Both the position numbers and the translations under genes were made by a program. The notes beneath the pieces were generated by a model. That model was not told the origin of the DNA, made no database searches, and was given only the letters and a program-made list of their open reading frames with translations. 64,000 bases of DNA from Verrucomicrobiota bacterium (GTDB taxonomy: Bacteria; Verrucomicrobiota; Verrucomicrobiia; Chthoniobacterales; UBA10450): NCBI GenBank assembly GCA_003218395.1, contig QHNJ01000163.1, forward strand, positions 1,676 through 65,675, in the 5' to 3' direction. Shown here one piece after another: positions 9,717 to 18,857 of the stretch. Numbering within the stretch: the stretch's first letter is position 1; each line of letters begins with the position of its first letter.

Positions 9717-11057
9717 GTGGGCATGCGCGACAATTATCTTGAGGAGTATTATTCGTTCTTGCGATTTCCAAGTGTTTCGACCGACGACCAGTACAAGGAA
9801 AAGCTGGAGGAATGCGCGGGATGGCTGGTTGAAAAACTCACCAGCATCGGCTTGCAGACGCAGCTTGTTCCCACGCGTGGACATCCAATCGTCTGGGCGC
9901 ATAATGAACAGCAGTCCGGGCGCCGGACAGTGTTGATCTACGGGCATTACGATGTGCAGCCGCCGGATCCTCTGGAGCTTTGGGACTCGCCTCCGTTCGA
10001 GCCTGTTTTGAAGAACGGCTACGTTTTTGCACGCGGCGCTACCGACAACAAAGGCCAAATCCTTTCGCATATTCTCGGGATTCAGGAAACGATCGAGCAA
10101 CATCACGATTTGCCGGTGAATTTGCATCTGGTGATCGAAGGAGAAGAGGAGATCGGGAGTGCTAACCTCGGCGGTTTTCTAAACGAAAATCGCAACGCGC
10201 TGAAGTGCGACGTAGGAGTTGTTTCCGATACCGGGATGATCGCGCGCGGCGTGCCGACGTTGAGTTATGGATTGCGCGGCGTGACCGCTCTCGAGATCAA
10301 AGTAACCGGCCCGAAAGTGGATTTGCACTCCGGCGTGTTTGGCGGGGCCGTTGCAAATCCGATCACCGCGCTTGCGCAATTATTGGCGACACTTCACGAT
10401 CGCGACGGTCGTGTGAAGATCGCGGGATTCTATGATCGCGTCAAGCCACTGGAAGATTGGGAGCGCGAAGCGTGGCGGAAACTTCCAGTCGATGGCGACA
10501 AACTAATTCGAGAGGAAACGGGCGTGCCCGAACTTTTCGGCGAAGCCGGCTACAATTCAGTGGAACGCATTTGGGCGCGACCAACGGCCGAGATCAACGG
10601 AATCGGCGGAGGGTACCAGGGGAAAGGGACAAAGACAGTGATTGCCAGCCATGCGATGGCGAAACTGACGTTCCGTCTCGTTCCGGAACAGCGAGGTGAT
10701 GAAATTCTCGAATTGGCAGAAGTGCATTTGCAGAAAAATCTGCCGAAAGGCGTCACGATCGAAATCACTACCGGTCACAGCGGCCCATGGTATCTCACAG
10801 ATCCGCACTCGCCGCTGGGCGAAGCGGCCCAGCACGCCTTACGCAACGCTTTCAACCGCGAGGCCGCGCTCATACGCGAGGGTGGCAGCATCCCGATCGT
10901 TTCGCAGTTTCGAGAAATACTCGGTATCGAAACATTGCTGATGGGACTTGCATTGCCCGATTGCCGTGCGCATTCGCCCAACGAAAATTTTCCCCTGGAA
11001 AATTTCGAGGGCGGCATTCGTCTCAACAAAGCAATTCTTCAGGAGCTCGCGCGCTGA
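9717..11057 (+). CDS. M20-family dipeptidase / acetylornithine deacetylase-like metallopeptidase
   Basis: YGHYDVQPPDP...WDSPPFEP...ARGATDNKGQ and VIEGEEEIGS motifs, typical of the ArgE/DapE/ACY1/CPG2 (M20) family. Confidence 0.85.
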   Translation: MGMRDNYLEEYYSFLRFPSVSTDDQYKEKLEECAGWLVEKLTSIGLQTQLVPTRGHPIVWAHNEQQSGRRTVLIYGHYDVQPPDPLELWDSPPFEPVLKNGYVFARGATDNKGQILSHILGIQETIEQHHDLPVNLHLVIEGEEEIGSANLGGFLNENRNALKCDVGVVSDTGMIARGVPTLSYGLRGVTALEIKVTGPKVDLHSGVFGGAVANPITALAQLLATLHDRDGRVKIAGFYDRVKPLEDWEREAWRKLPVDGDKLIREETGVPELFGEAGYNSVERIWARPTAEINGIGGGYQGKGTKTVIASHAMAKLTFRLVPEQRGDEILELAEVHLQKNLPKGVTIEITTGHSGPWYLTDPHSPLGEAAQHALRNAFNREAALIREGGSIPIVSQFREILGIETLLMGLALPDCRAHSPNENFPLENFEGGIRLNKAILQELAR

Positions 11058-11101
11058 TTTATCTTCTTACTCTTGCTCCTGCTCATGCTCTTGATCACTC
11101 G

Positions 11102-11183
11102 CTGTAGCGGGCGCTGTCCTCAGCGCATCCGATCGAGTGATCGCGCGCGCTGGATTCTCCGCTGAGGACAGCGGACACTACAG
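11102..11183. repeat. inverted pair of GTAG+hairpin REP units (variant)
   Basis: CTGTAGCGGGCGCTGTCCTCAGCG (11102-11125) and its near reverse complement CGCTGAGGACAGCGGACACTACAG (11160-11183). Each carries a GCGCTG/CAGCGC stem. Confidence 0.7.
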
Positions 11184-11202
11184 CCTCAAGCGCACCGTTC
11201 CG

Positions 11203-12141
11203 ATGATAAAATGGCTTCTAATTGTTGCGATGTTATTTGGAGCGATCTGCGCAGCGGATGCAGCTGAAGAATCGTTAGGCACAAAGATTAAGAAGATTTT
11301 CGCGACGCCAACACCGAGTCCAGCTCGCAAGCATCGGAAGCGTTCGTCGAACAAAGCAACGCCTAGTCCATCGCCTGTGACTTCGCCAAAAAAAAGGAAA
11401 GCTTCACCGACTCCGTCTCCAACGCCGACGCCGAAGAGCAAATCGAAGAGGAAGAAAATATCTCCCACTCCCACACCAAGCAAGTCTCCGGCTGCAACAG
11501 AGACTCCATCTCCCAGTCCGGCAGAAACGCCGTCGCCTTCTAATCGTCCCGCTCCAGGAAAAAAAGGTGCGGCCAACGTCAGTCTTTCGCCGGACGAAAT
11601 AGCGGGCTACGACAGTTACCCGCCGAAAGTACGCCAGATCATCGACGCCGGGCTGGCGCTAACAAAACAAAATCTCGGTTACAGCTACGGCTCTGCCGAT
11701 CCCAAAAACGGTGGGATGGATTGCTCAGGCTTTGTCTATTACGTCCTTCAGCAAAACGGATTTCCCGACGGGCCGCGTGATTCCAGCCAGCAATATGTCT
11801 GGGTCCGAAAGGCGGGAAATTTCAATGCGGTCTTGAGCCGACACGAAGATTCATTCGAATTCGAGGCGCTTAAGCCGGGCGACCTGCTCTTTTGGCGCGG
11901 CACCTACAACATCGATCGCGACCCGCCTATCACGCACACGATGATTTATCTGGGTCGCGAAAAGCGAACGAAAAAGCGTGTGATGGTTGGGGCAAGCGAC
12001 GGTCGCACTTACGATGGGAAGCAACGCTTTGGCGTCAGCGTTTTCGATTTCAAATTGCCACCGCCACCCACCAGTGGCGATGCGAAGATCAGCCCTGTCT
12101 TTGTTGGCTACGGCCGAATTCCTGGGCTGAACGGACAATAA
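11203..12141 (+). CDS. NlpC/P60 (C40) cell-wall peptidase with signal peptide and Pro/Ser/Thr/Lys-rich linker
   Basis: Signal peptide MIKWLLIVAMLFGAICAADA. About 110 aa of TPSPSP/KRK low complexity. Catalytic Cys in GGMDCSGFVYYV and His in THTMIYLG. The upstream Met at 11137 lies inside a REP pair, so the start at 11203 is preferred. Confidence 0.85.
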   Translation: MIKWLLIVAMLFGAICAADAAEESLGTKIKKIFATPTPSPARKHRKRSSNKATPSPSPVTSPKKRKASPTPSPTPTPKSKSKRKKISPTPTPSKSPAATETPSPSPAETPSPSNRPAPGKKGAANVSLSPDEIAGYDSYPPKVRQIIDAGLALTKQNLGYSYGSADPKNGGMDCSGFVYYVLQQNGFPDGPRDSSQQYVWVRKAGNFNAVLSRHEDSFEFEALKPGDLLFWRGTYNIDRDPPITHTMIYLGREKRTKKRVMVGASDGRTYDGKQRFGVSVFDFKLPPPPTSGDAKISPVFVGYGRIPGLNGQ

Positions 12142-12218
12142 GCTCTATTATCCTTCCGACAACGCTTCTCATCATCGGAGGCGAGCTTTGGCATATCCTC
12201 GTAGGTTTGGGTGCTACT

Positions 12219-12590
12219 TTATTTGCGAGCAAATGGAGTCGCATGTCTGGGCGTGTTGCCCGAATGGTCGTCGACCTGGGGCTTATCAGTCGTAGTCCTC
12301 TTATGCGGACGAGCGAGCACAATGCTAAGCACAATTCCTAGGCATATCCCAACCAACGAAGCTCTAATTACGACAAGCGAAACATAAACCTCCCGGCTCA
12401 AATGGAAACTTTCCGAATTTACTGCGACCCAGTCAAGACAGACCCAGATCACCGTTACCAAACACACGATAACCACTGTAGACTTGGCCCACCCAGGGTA
12501 TACGCAGCCACGGCCGAAAAAAACGTGAAGTGCCAAAGCGGCCGGTGCTAAAACTCCCGCGACCAGTAGGATGATATCTTCACCAGTCAT
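12219..12590 (-). CDS. hypothetical small membrane protein (3-4 TM)
   Basis: ORF with several hydrophobic helices. No recognisable family. Confidence 0.4.
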   Translation of the reverse strand: MTGEDIILLVAGVLAPAALALHVFFGRGCVYPGWAKSTVVIVCLVTVIWVCLDWVAVNSESFHLSREVYVSLVVIRASLVGICLGIVLSIVLARPHKRTTTDKPQVDDHSGNTPRHATPFARK

Positions 12591-12735
12591 GGCGACTTAA
12601 CGAAAGACATTACGAGATCCCAGGTGAAGAGAAAGAGAATGGGAGAGAATGAGAATAGATAAAATGGGGTCAGTCTAGGGTTGCATTGATTTGACGGACA
12701 GTGGGCTAAGGGTCAAAACCCGAAAGGAAGCCCAC

Positions 12736-13083
12736 ATGAAGACGCAGTTATCGAAGCCGGCTCGCAGCAAGGCGAGATACACCGATCAATATAAACAGGA
12801 GGCATTGGAGTTGTGGCGTGCGAGTGGACGCAGTGCAGCCAAGGTAGCGGCCGAGCTGGGGATCCGTCCGCCGCTGCTCTATCGTTGGGCGCACGCGGAA
12901 CGCGTGCCTGATGCGCCAAAGGCCGGACGCAAGCCGAAGCGCAGCTTGGAAGAACTGGAGGCGGAGAACCGACGGTTGCGTGCAGAGAACGCAAAGCTCT
13001 TGGAGCAGCGTGAAGTTTTAAAAAAATCACTGGGCATCCTCTCCGAAGCGCCGCCGAGAGGTATGCCCGAATCGAACAGATGA
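12736..13083 (+). CDS. IS3-family transposase OrfA (HTH)
   Basis: YTDQYKQEALELWRASGRSAAKVAAELGIRPPLLYRW helix-turn-helix plus a leucine-zipper-like LEAENRRLRAENAKLLEQREVLKK. Confidence 0.85.
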   Translation: MKTQLSKPARSKARYTDQYKQEALELWRASGRSAAKVAAELGIRPPLLYRWAHAERVPDAPKAGRKPKRSLEELEAENRRLRAENAKLLEQREVLKKSLGILSEAPPRGMPESNR

Positions 13084-13912
13084 GCGGCCAATACAAGGTA
13101 GCCTGTTTATGCGAGGCTCTTCTGGTCTCGCGCAGCGGTTACTACGACTGGAAAGAGCGGCGCCGCCACCCCGGACCGCGCCAACTGGAAAACATCCGCT
13201 TGCGCGAGCGGATCCGAGAGGAATTTGCTCGCAGTCGCCAGACTTACGGCAGCCCACGATTGTCTCATGCGCTGGGTTGTCCGGGACGACGCAATTGCAT
13301 TGCCCGCCTCATGCGTCTGGAGCGGATCTTCGCCCGGCAGCGCTCCAAATATCGAGTGGCTACCACCGACAGTCGCCGTGCTGGACCCATTGCGCCTAAC
13401 CGATTGCACAACCTCGCCGTTCGACGCTCCAATCAAGTCTGGGTCAGCGATGCCACCGCAGTCCTCACTGCTCAGGGCTGGTTGTATCTGGTCGCGGTCC
13501 TGGATCTCTCTTCACCAGGCGCGTAGTTGGATGGGCTATGAGCCAAATCCTCGACGCCGCACTGGTGATCAGCGCATTGCGCATGGCGCTTGGTCAACGT
13601 CCTCCCACGCGAAATCTTATCCTCCACTCCGATCGCGGGGCTCAGTTCGCCAGCGCCGCTTACCGACAAGTCCTGGCCCAACATGGCTTGGTCGCTTCCA
13701 TGAGTCGCAAAGGCAACTGCTACGATAACGCCTTCATCGAGTCCTTCTTTAGCACTCTCAAATACGAACTGGTCTACCATCATCGCTTCGCTACCCGCGC
13801 CCAGGCCCGCACCGCCATCTTCGATTACATCGAAACCTTCTACAACCGCACCAGACTCCACTCCAGTCTTGACTACCAAAGCCCTATCAATTTTGAATCC
13901 AAATTGAACTAA
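13080..13912 (+). pseudogene. IS3-family transposase OrfB (rve/DDE integrase), frameshifted at about 13506-13512
   Basis: VSRSGYYDW...WVSDATAV..GWLYLVAVLDL, then a premature stop. The sequence continues in another frame as (F)TRRVVGWAMS...HSDRGAQFAS...SMSRKGNCYDNAFIESFF. An extra TC in the ctctctt run explains the shift. Confidence 0.8.
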
Positions 13913-13997
13913 AGATTATCCCTTACTTACTGTCCGAGAAATTAGCGCAAGCCCAGTCCTCACTTTTGACATAAACATCACTCGCGAAGATTAGACT

Positions 13998-14189
13998 CTA
14001 CTGCTGGTCCTCAGTTTCCACAGGACTAGGAGACGCTTTCGGTTCTCTCGCTGATATTTGCTGAACCGGACGATGATGACCACGTCGCGCATATCCGACA
14101 AAGGCAATTGCAACTAGCGCAAGCATTACGATGAGGACGACGCGCTGTTCGTTTTTCGAGACCTCGAAAATCCGGAGTAGGCGCTTCAT
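13998..14189 (-). CDS. hypothetical small single-TM protein, translationally coupled to queC
   Basis: 63-aa ORF with one TM ([17 protein letters not shown]). Its start overlaps the queC stop. Confidence 0.35.
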   Translation of the reverse strand: MKRLLRIFEVSKNEQRVVLIVMLALVAIAFVGYARRGHHRPVQQISAREPKASPSPVETEDQQ

Positions 14190-14881
14190 TTTGTTACGTA
14201 AGCAATCGGATCTGTTGTTCCAGCTTCGCGAAAACCTTTGAGCCGCAGGAGACAGGAATCACATTTGCCACAGGCGAGACCTTCTGGCGACGGATCGTAA
14301 CAGCTGTGGGTTCGTGAGAGATCGACACCGAATTCGACTGCTTTGCGAATGATTTCAGCTTTCGAGAGGTTGATGAGCGGCGTGTGAATTTGAAAGCGTC
14401 TGCCTTCCACACCCGCTTTGGTCCCAACGTTGGCGAGAGTCTCGAACGCCTTGATAAATTCCGGCCGGCAATCTGGGTAACCGCTGTAATCGATTGCGTT
14501 TACGCCGAGAAAAATGTCACGGGCGGGAATCACTTCGGCCCAGGCGAGCGCGTACGCGAGGAAAATCGTGTTGCGTGCAGGAACATAGGTGACCGGAATG
14601 CCTTTCCCGATTTCTACATCAGAACGCTTCTTTGGCACATCGATATTGTCAGTGAGCGCGGAGCCGCCAAAGATGCGCATGTCGATCTTTGCGATGCGAT
14701 GTTCTTTTGTGCCTAATAATTTTGCAAGCCGGCTAGCGGCTTCCGTTTCGATCTGGTGACGCTGGCCATAATCGAATGACAGCGCGTACGCCTCATAGCC
14801 TTCTGCAATTGCAATTGCCAGCGTCGTTGTCGAATCAATTCCGCCACTCAACAGAACGACTGCACGTTTCATTTTATTCAC
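14186..14881 (-). CDS. queC: 7-cyano-7-deazaguanine (preQ0) synthase
   Basis: PP-loop [13 protein letters not shown]-terminal zinc cysteines [20 protein letters not shown]. Confidence 0.92.
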   Translation of the reverse strand: MNKMKRAVVLLSGGIDSTTTLAIAIAEGYEAYALSFDYGQRHQIETEAASRLAKLLGTKEHRIAKIDMRIFGGSALTDNIDVPKKRSDVEIGKGIPVTYVPARNTIFLAYALAWAEVIPARDIFLGVNAIDYSGYPDCRPEFIKAFETLANVGTKAGVEGRRFQIHTPLINLSKAEIIRKAVEFGVDLSRTHSCYDPSPEGLACGKCDSCLLRLKGFREAGTTDPIAYVTK

Positions 14882-14947
14882 AACGCAATGTTAAACGACG
14901 GCGTAGGGTCATTCGTCGGCGCGCCCGGCGGTCGCGCCCTACCAGTT

Positions 14948-15385
14948 TCACTGGCTGTCGCGGGCAGCTTTCTTGTCCGGATGCTCCGCACGGATCGTGA
15001 GCGCGATTCCGCCGCGCGCGGAGAATTGCGCAGTCACGACTGCTTCGCGCGGCGCGCACGCTTTGACGAAATCGTCTAGAATGCGGTTTGTCACCGCCTC
15101 GTTAAAAGCCCGCTCATTGCGATACGAAGCAAGATAGAATTTGAGCGATTTGCTCTCGACGCACTCACGGTCCGGCACGTAATCGATATCGATCCGCGCA
15201 AAATCAGCCTGACCTGTGACGGGGCAAACGGAAGTGAAATCGTCGGTTTCGAAATGAATACGGTAGTTGCGGCGGGGCGCTGGATTCGGAAACGTTTCGA
15301 GCTGCGCCTCGGCAGGCGAAGCGGGCAGCTTCACTTCGCTCCGTCCCAGCAAGGTCAATCGGCCTGCTCTTTTTGCTTTTGCCAC
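14948..15385 (-). CDS. queF: NADPH-dependent preQ0 reductase (unimodular type)
   Basis: TSVCPVTGQADFA catalytic Cys motif and ESKSLKFYL. GTG start. Confidence 0.9.
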   Translation of the reverse strand: MAKAKRAGRLTLLGRSEVKLPASPAEAQLETFPNPAPRRNYRIHFETDDFTSVCPVTGQADFARIDIDYVPDRECVESKSLKFYLASYRNERAFNEAVTNRILDDFVKACAPREAVVTAQFSARGGIALTIRAEHPDKKAARDSQ

Positions 15386-15480
15386 GGCAACTAAAATCTG
15401 CCGGAGCCGCTTGAGGTCAACCCGCGAAAGCTTTCAGAGTGGTGTAGAGGCGTTTGTGCCAAACGTCTAACTGGAGCATC

Positions 15481-15508
15481 GGTGCTCGCCGCGGCGAGCA
15501 CCGCTACA
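15481..15508 (-). repeat. GTAG+hairpin REP unit
   Basis: The minus strand reads TGTAGC-GGTGCTCGCC-GC-GGCGAGCACC, a 10-bp perfect stem. It lies between the cupin gene end and queF. Confidence 0.7.
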
Positions 15509-15528
15509 ACGCACCGCGGCGGTTGAGG

Positions 15529-16080
15529 TCAATCGCCGCTGGTGCGTTGAAATGCTCGCAAATCGTCAGCCACCCTTGGATATTTCGCCGCGAGTGCTTC
15601 AACATCGCCGATTTCAATGTCTACCCGTTCGACGCCCGGCCATTCGGTGCTCCCACCGAGGAACCAGCGCCGGCGCTCGATCACGCGCGCGGTGTGAAAC
15701 GTGTTGCCGGGGATCAATAGCTGCACGTGTTGACCGCCGCGCAAGTCAGGGCCGACCACGACGCGTTCGCTCGTGCCATTTTCCTGTAACATCAGAACGT
15801 CGATCGGATCTCCGAGGTAATAGTGATACAGTTGATCGTTGTGGATGCGATGCAGGCGCACGGGTGCATCTGGCGTTACCATAAAATAGAGCGCAGAGCC
15901 GGCTGGTCTGCCGTCGACGAATGGCGGCGGCAGTCCGCCCGGCGCAATTCGTCGTTGGCTGACAAAAGTTAGGCGGACAAACCCGCATGTGGCGTGCGGT
16001 TGCAATTTCAGGAGCGTACGAATCTCCTCGGCGGTGAGCCCGTCGATCATTTGTTTTCTTGAACATCGAACGCCCAACAT
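15529..16080 (-). CDS. DUF985-type cupin family protein
   Basis: L.PHATCGFVRLTF...ALYFMVTPD.PVRLHRIHNDQLYHYYLGDPIDVL...GPDLRGGQHVQLLIPGNTFH resembles YML079w/DUF985 cupins, from recollection. Confidence 0.65.
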   Translation of the reverse strand: MLGVRCSRKQMIDGLTAEEIRTLLKLQPHATCGFVRLTFVSQRRIAPGGLPPPFVDGRPAGSALYFMVTPDAPVRLHRIHNDQLYHYYLGDPIDVLMLQENGTSERVVVGPDLRGGQHVQLLIPGNTFHTARVIERRRWFLGGSTEWPGVERVDIEIGDVEALAAKYPRVADDLRAFQRTSGD

Positions 16081-16106
16081 CCAACGTCCAACACTGAATC
16101 ATCTGC

Positions 16107-16499
16107 ATGGAGAGTAAAGATCCGAACGCAAACGCAAAAGGTCCAACAGCTCTGATCGATGTAATCGCACAAGACCCGAAGACGGACGAAGTCGTTCTCG
16201 TGATGAATCAGCCTGACGAGTGGAACGGCTCGGACGAACAATTGCTCGCGTTACAGGAGCGGTTCAACGCTTACGTTTCATTTTTGCTCGACGGCGAAAT
16301 GGCATCCGATCATCCGGGACTTGCTGGCAAACCGGCGCGCATTGAGGTGCGTTGCGCGCACATGCCTGATACTGGCGCGCTAGAGTTGCTCGCTCTCATT
16401 CATGATCAGCTGGTGTTCCAGGAGATTAAACTGGAAGTGGTCGTACGAAATGACGAAATCCGAATGCCGAATGACGAAGGAATGACGAAATCCGAATAA
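16107..16499 (+). CDS. hypothetical protein whose C-terminal tail is encoded by a hairpin repeat
   Basis: 130-aa ORF with an acidic N-terminus. The last ~17 codons (RNDEIRMPNDEGMTKSE) lie in the AATGACGAA reiterations. Confidence 0.45.
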   Translation: MESKDPNANAKGPTALIDVIAQDPKTDEVVLVMNQPDEWNGSDEQLLALQERFNAYVSFLLDGEMASDHPGLAGKPARIEVRCAHMPDTGALELLALIHDQLVFQEIKLEVVVRNDEIRMPNDEGMTKSE

Positions 16500-16590
16500 C
16501 GGAGCCGCATCGGTTGTTGTTCGTCATTTCTGCATTCGAGCTTCATTCGTCATTAGTCATTCGTGCTTCGTCATTTTCTGATCTAGCGTG
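16441..16590. repeat. MITE/REP-like hairpin element built of AATGACGAA / TTCGTCATT units
   Basis: Three forward AATGACGAA units (16448-16490) face several TTCGTCATT units (16518-16578). Confidence 0.65.
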
Positions 16591-17952
16591 CATAGCCTGC
16601 GGTTTTCTGGACAACACGTGGATTCGCCATCAACCGAGCCGCCCGATGTTGCGACCGTAACCTTGCGCAAGATCACGCTGCGGTTAATCCCGTTTCTGTT
16701 TGTTCTCTACATCGTAGCGTGGCTCGATCGAGTGAACGTCGGTTTCGCGGCGCTACAAATGAATTCCGATCTCGGGTTTAGTTCGGCTGCGTTTGGGTTC
16801 GGTTCCGGCGTCTTCTTCCTCGGCTACTGCTTGTTCGAAGTGCCGAGTAATCTCCTTTTGCATCGCGTGGGAGCGCGTCGTTGGATCGCACGCATCATGG
16901 TGAGCTGGGGCGCCATTTCCGTGGCCATGATGTTTGTCCAGACGACGCTGACTTTCTATGTCCTGAGATTCCTGCTGGGAGCTGCTGAGGCAGGTTTTTT
17001 CCCAGGTATGATTTATTACCTGAGCCTTTGGTATCCGGAGGCGCAACGCGCTCGCGCGATCGCGGCGTTTATGACAGCAGTGCCTGTGAGCGGCGTGATC
17101 GGCGGCCTGCTGTCCGGCGCACTGCTAGAGTTGCATGGGACGTTTGGCCTCGCGGGATGGCAATGGCTTTTTTTAGTTGAAGGAGTTCCCGCAGTGTTGC
17201 TCGGCGTCATCGTCTTGGTTTATCTCACCGATCGACCTGAGGCAGCGCACTGGCTGAGTGTGGCAGAGCGGCACTGGCTGGTTAGTAAACTTGCCACCGA
17301 GCCAAATGCCTGCGGCCTAGGACAGCCGATTGGCATTTTGACCGCATTGAGCAATCCGACGGTATGGCAGCTTGGGATTATCTTTCTTTTCGCCGCAGTT
17401 GGTTTTTACGGGTACTCGTTTTGGGCGCCGCTGATTATCAAATCGCTCACGGGGAGCAGCGATTTGGGCGTAGGGGTAATTCTAGGTGCGATCAGTGCGG
17501 TGACGATGGCCTCAATGGCGTTGAACAGTATCCATTCCGATCGCACTGACGAGCGCCCTCTGCATGTGGCTGTTCCGTTGTTGATCGCGTATGCGGGGTT
17601 TTTCGGATGTGCTCTCCTTCCCGAGCCCAGACTGGCCGTCTTGTCCCTGGCGCTCGTTCCGGTTGGGCACTGTGCCGCGTATGGTCCGTTTTGGTCGATA
17701 CCGACACGGTTCCTCACTGGACCGGCGGCGGCCGCTGGGATTGCGTTGGTGGTGACAATCGCCAATATGGGTGCCTTCCTGGGTCCAACCCTCATCGGCG
17801 CGCTGAAAGATCGCTTCGGCACACACGGCCCTGCCTTCATGCTTCTCGGCGCGTGTGGAATTGTTGCGGCGCTTCTCTCCCTGCGACTTCGTCATGCCGG
17901 GGTCCTGAGCAATACACGCTCTCCCGCGTGCACGACGATGGCCCTCGAATGA
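16588..17952 (+). CDS. MFS transporter, anion:cation symporter (ACS, tartrate/galactonate-like) family
   Basis: 12 predicted TMs. N-terminal signature IPFLFVLYIVAWLDRVNVGFAALQMNSDLGFS..FGFGSGVFFLGYCLFEVPSN. Confidence 0.82.
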   Translation: MHSLRFSGQHVDSPSTEPPDVATVTLRKITLRLIPFLFVLYIVAWLDRVNVGFAALQMNSDLGFSSAAFGFGSGVFFLGYCLFEVPSNLLLHRVGARRWIARIMVSWGAISVAMMFVQTTLTFYVLRFLLGAAEAGFFPGMIYYLSLWYPEAQRARAIAAFMTAVPVSGVIGGLLSGALLELHGTFGLAGWQWLFLVEGVPAVLLGVIVLVYLTDRPEAAHWLSVAERHWLVSKLATEPNACGLGQPIGILTALSNPTVWQLGIIFLFAAVGFYGYSFWAPLIIKSLTGSSDLGVGVILGAISAVTMASMALNSIHSDRTDERPLHVAVPLLIAYAGFFGCALLPEPRLAVLSLALVPVGHCAAYGPFWSIPTRFLTGPAAAAGIALVVTIANMGAFLGPTLIGALKDRFGTHGPAFMLLGACGIVAALLSLRLRHAGVLSNTRSPACTTMALE

Positions 17953-18024
17953 TGGATAGATTCCAAGAATGTTTCGTGGGCTCTTTTTACCAACTCGCGT
18001 TTCAGCAAATTAGATGGAAGACGT

Positions 18025-18137
18025 GGTGAGGAATGAGGAAGCCCGAATGACGAATGACAAATGAAGCTCGAATTCAAAAATGACGAACACGCAAACCATG
18101 TGTTTCGTCCTTCAGCATTTTGTCATTCGTCATTACG
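18025..18137. repeat. second copy of the AATGACGAA/TTCGTCATT hairpin element
   Basis: GAATGAGGAAGCCCGAATGACGAATGACAAATGAAG...AAAATGACGAAC faces TTTCGTCCTTCAGCATTTTGTCATTCGTCATT. Confidence 0.6.
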
Positions 18138-18668
18138 CTAGTATTTCAGGAACGAAATTACCGGCGTCGGCTCGATTTGTTTGCGGCCACTAAGGAATTC
18201 GAGTTCAATTAGAAACTGCGCTTCGAGAAGTTTTCCGCCGACTTTGCGAATGAGCGCGGCCGCTGCAGCAGAAGTCCCCCCCGTCGCCAGCAAGTCGTCC
18301 ACCATTACAACTTGGTCACCCGCCATCATGGCATCGACGTGCACCTCCATTTCCGCTGTGCCGTACTCGAGCGAATATTTCGCGATCTCAGTCTTGTAAG
18401 GTAATTTCCCGCGCTTCCGGATCGGAACGAAGCCGATCCCAAGTTCATACGCAACGGTTGATCCAAAAAGAAATCCGCGCGCGTCAATGCCGACGATTTT
18501 GTCGATCTTTTTCCCGCGACAGCGTTCCAAAAAAAGATCAATCGAGGCGTGAAACAGCGCCGGATCGCTCAAGATCGGAGTGATGTCTTTGAAAACGATT
18601 CCCTTTTTCGGAAAATCAGGAACGTCACGCACGCCGGCACGCAATTTCTCAAGAGTAGCTGAGGCCAT
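18138..18668 (-). CDS. apt: adenine phosphoribosyltransferase
   Basis: DFPKKGIVFKDITP...GIDARGFLFG...PRPP loop VVMVDDLLATGGT. Confidence 0.92.
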   Translation of the reverse strand: MASATLEKLRAGVRDVPDFPKKGIVFKDITPILSDPALFHASIDLFLERCRGKKIDKIVGIDARGFLFGSTVAYELGIGFVPIRKRGKLPYKTEIAKYSLEYGTAEMEVHVDAMMAGDQVVMVDDLLATGGTSAAAAALIRKVGGKLLEAQFLIELEFLSGRKQIEPTPVISFLKY

Positions 18669-18857
18669 CGGGGCGATGCTAGCGGCTCGCCTGGGAACGT
18701 CAACGATCCAGTCGGTTTCTGGGCGATAAATACCGTTTCACCGCGCTGGCAAGCGCAAAACGCTCGATTTCCTGTTAGCGAATTGCTCCAAAGATTTGGT
18801 CGCGGTGGCGCGAGTAACGCGTTGCCAAGCCCGCTCCAATTACTCCAAACTAATCGA

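Larger units (their letters stand above)
12692..13940 (+). mobile_element. IS3-family insertion sequence (about 1.25 kb) with a disrupted orfB
   Basis: Imperfect terminal inverted repeats TGACGGACAGTGGGCTAAGGG (12692-12712) and CCCTTACTTACTGTCCGAGAA (13920-13940). orfA/orfB arrangement with an A_AAA_AAA slippery heptamer at 13020-13026 in the orfA phase. Confidence 0.85.

Noticed and set aside
11178-11576. A 132-aa antisense ORF rich in Gly/Val/Asp.
   Set aside because: It is the mirror image of the Pro/Ser/Thr/Lys low-complexity linker of the NlpC/P60 gene, so it is a compositional artefact.
15386-15528. A preQ1 riboswitch upstream of queF.
   Set aside because: I could not find the conserved preQ1-I or preQ1-II features (short hairpin plus an A-rich tail with CTA). 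The region is instead occupied by a REP hairpin.
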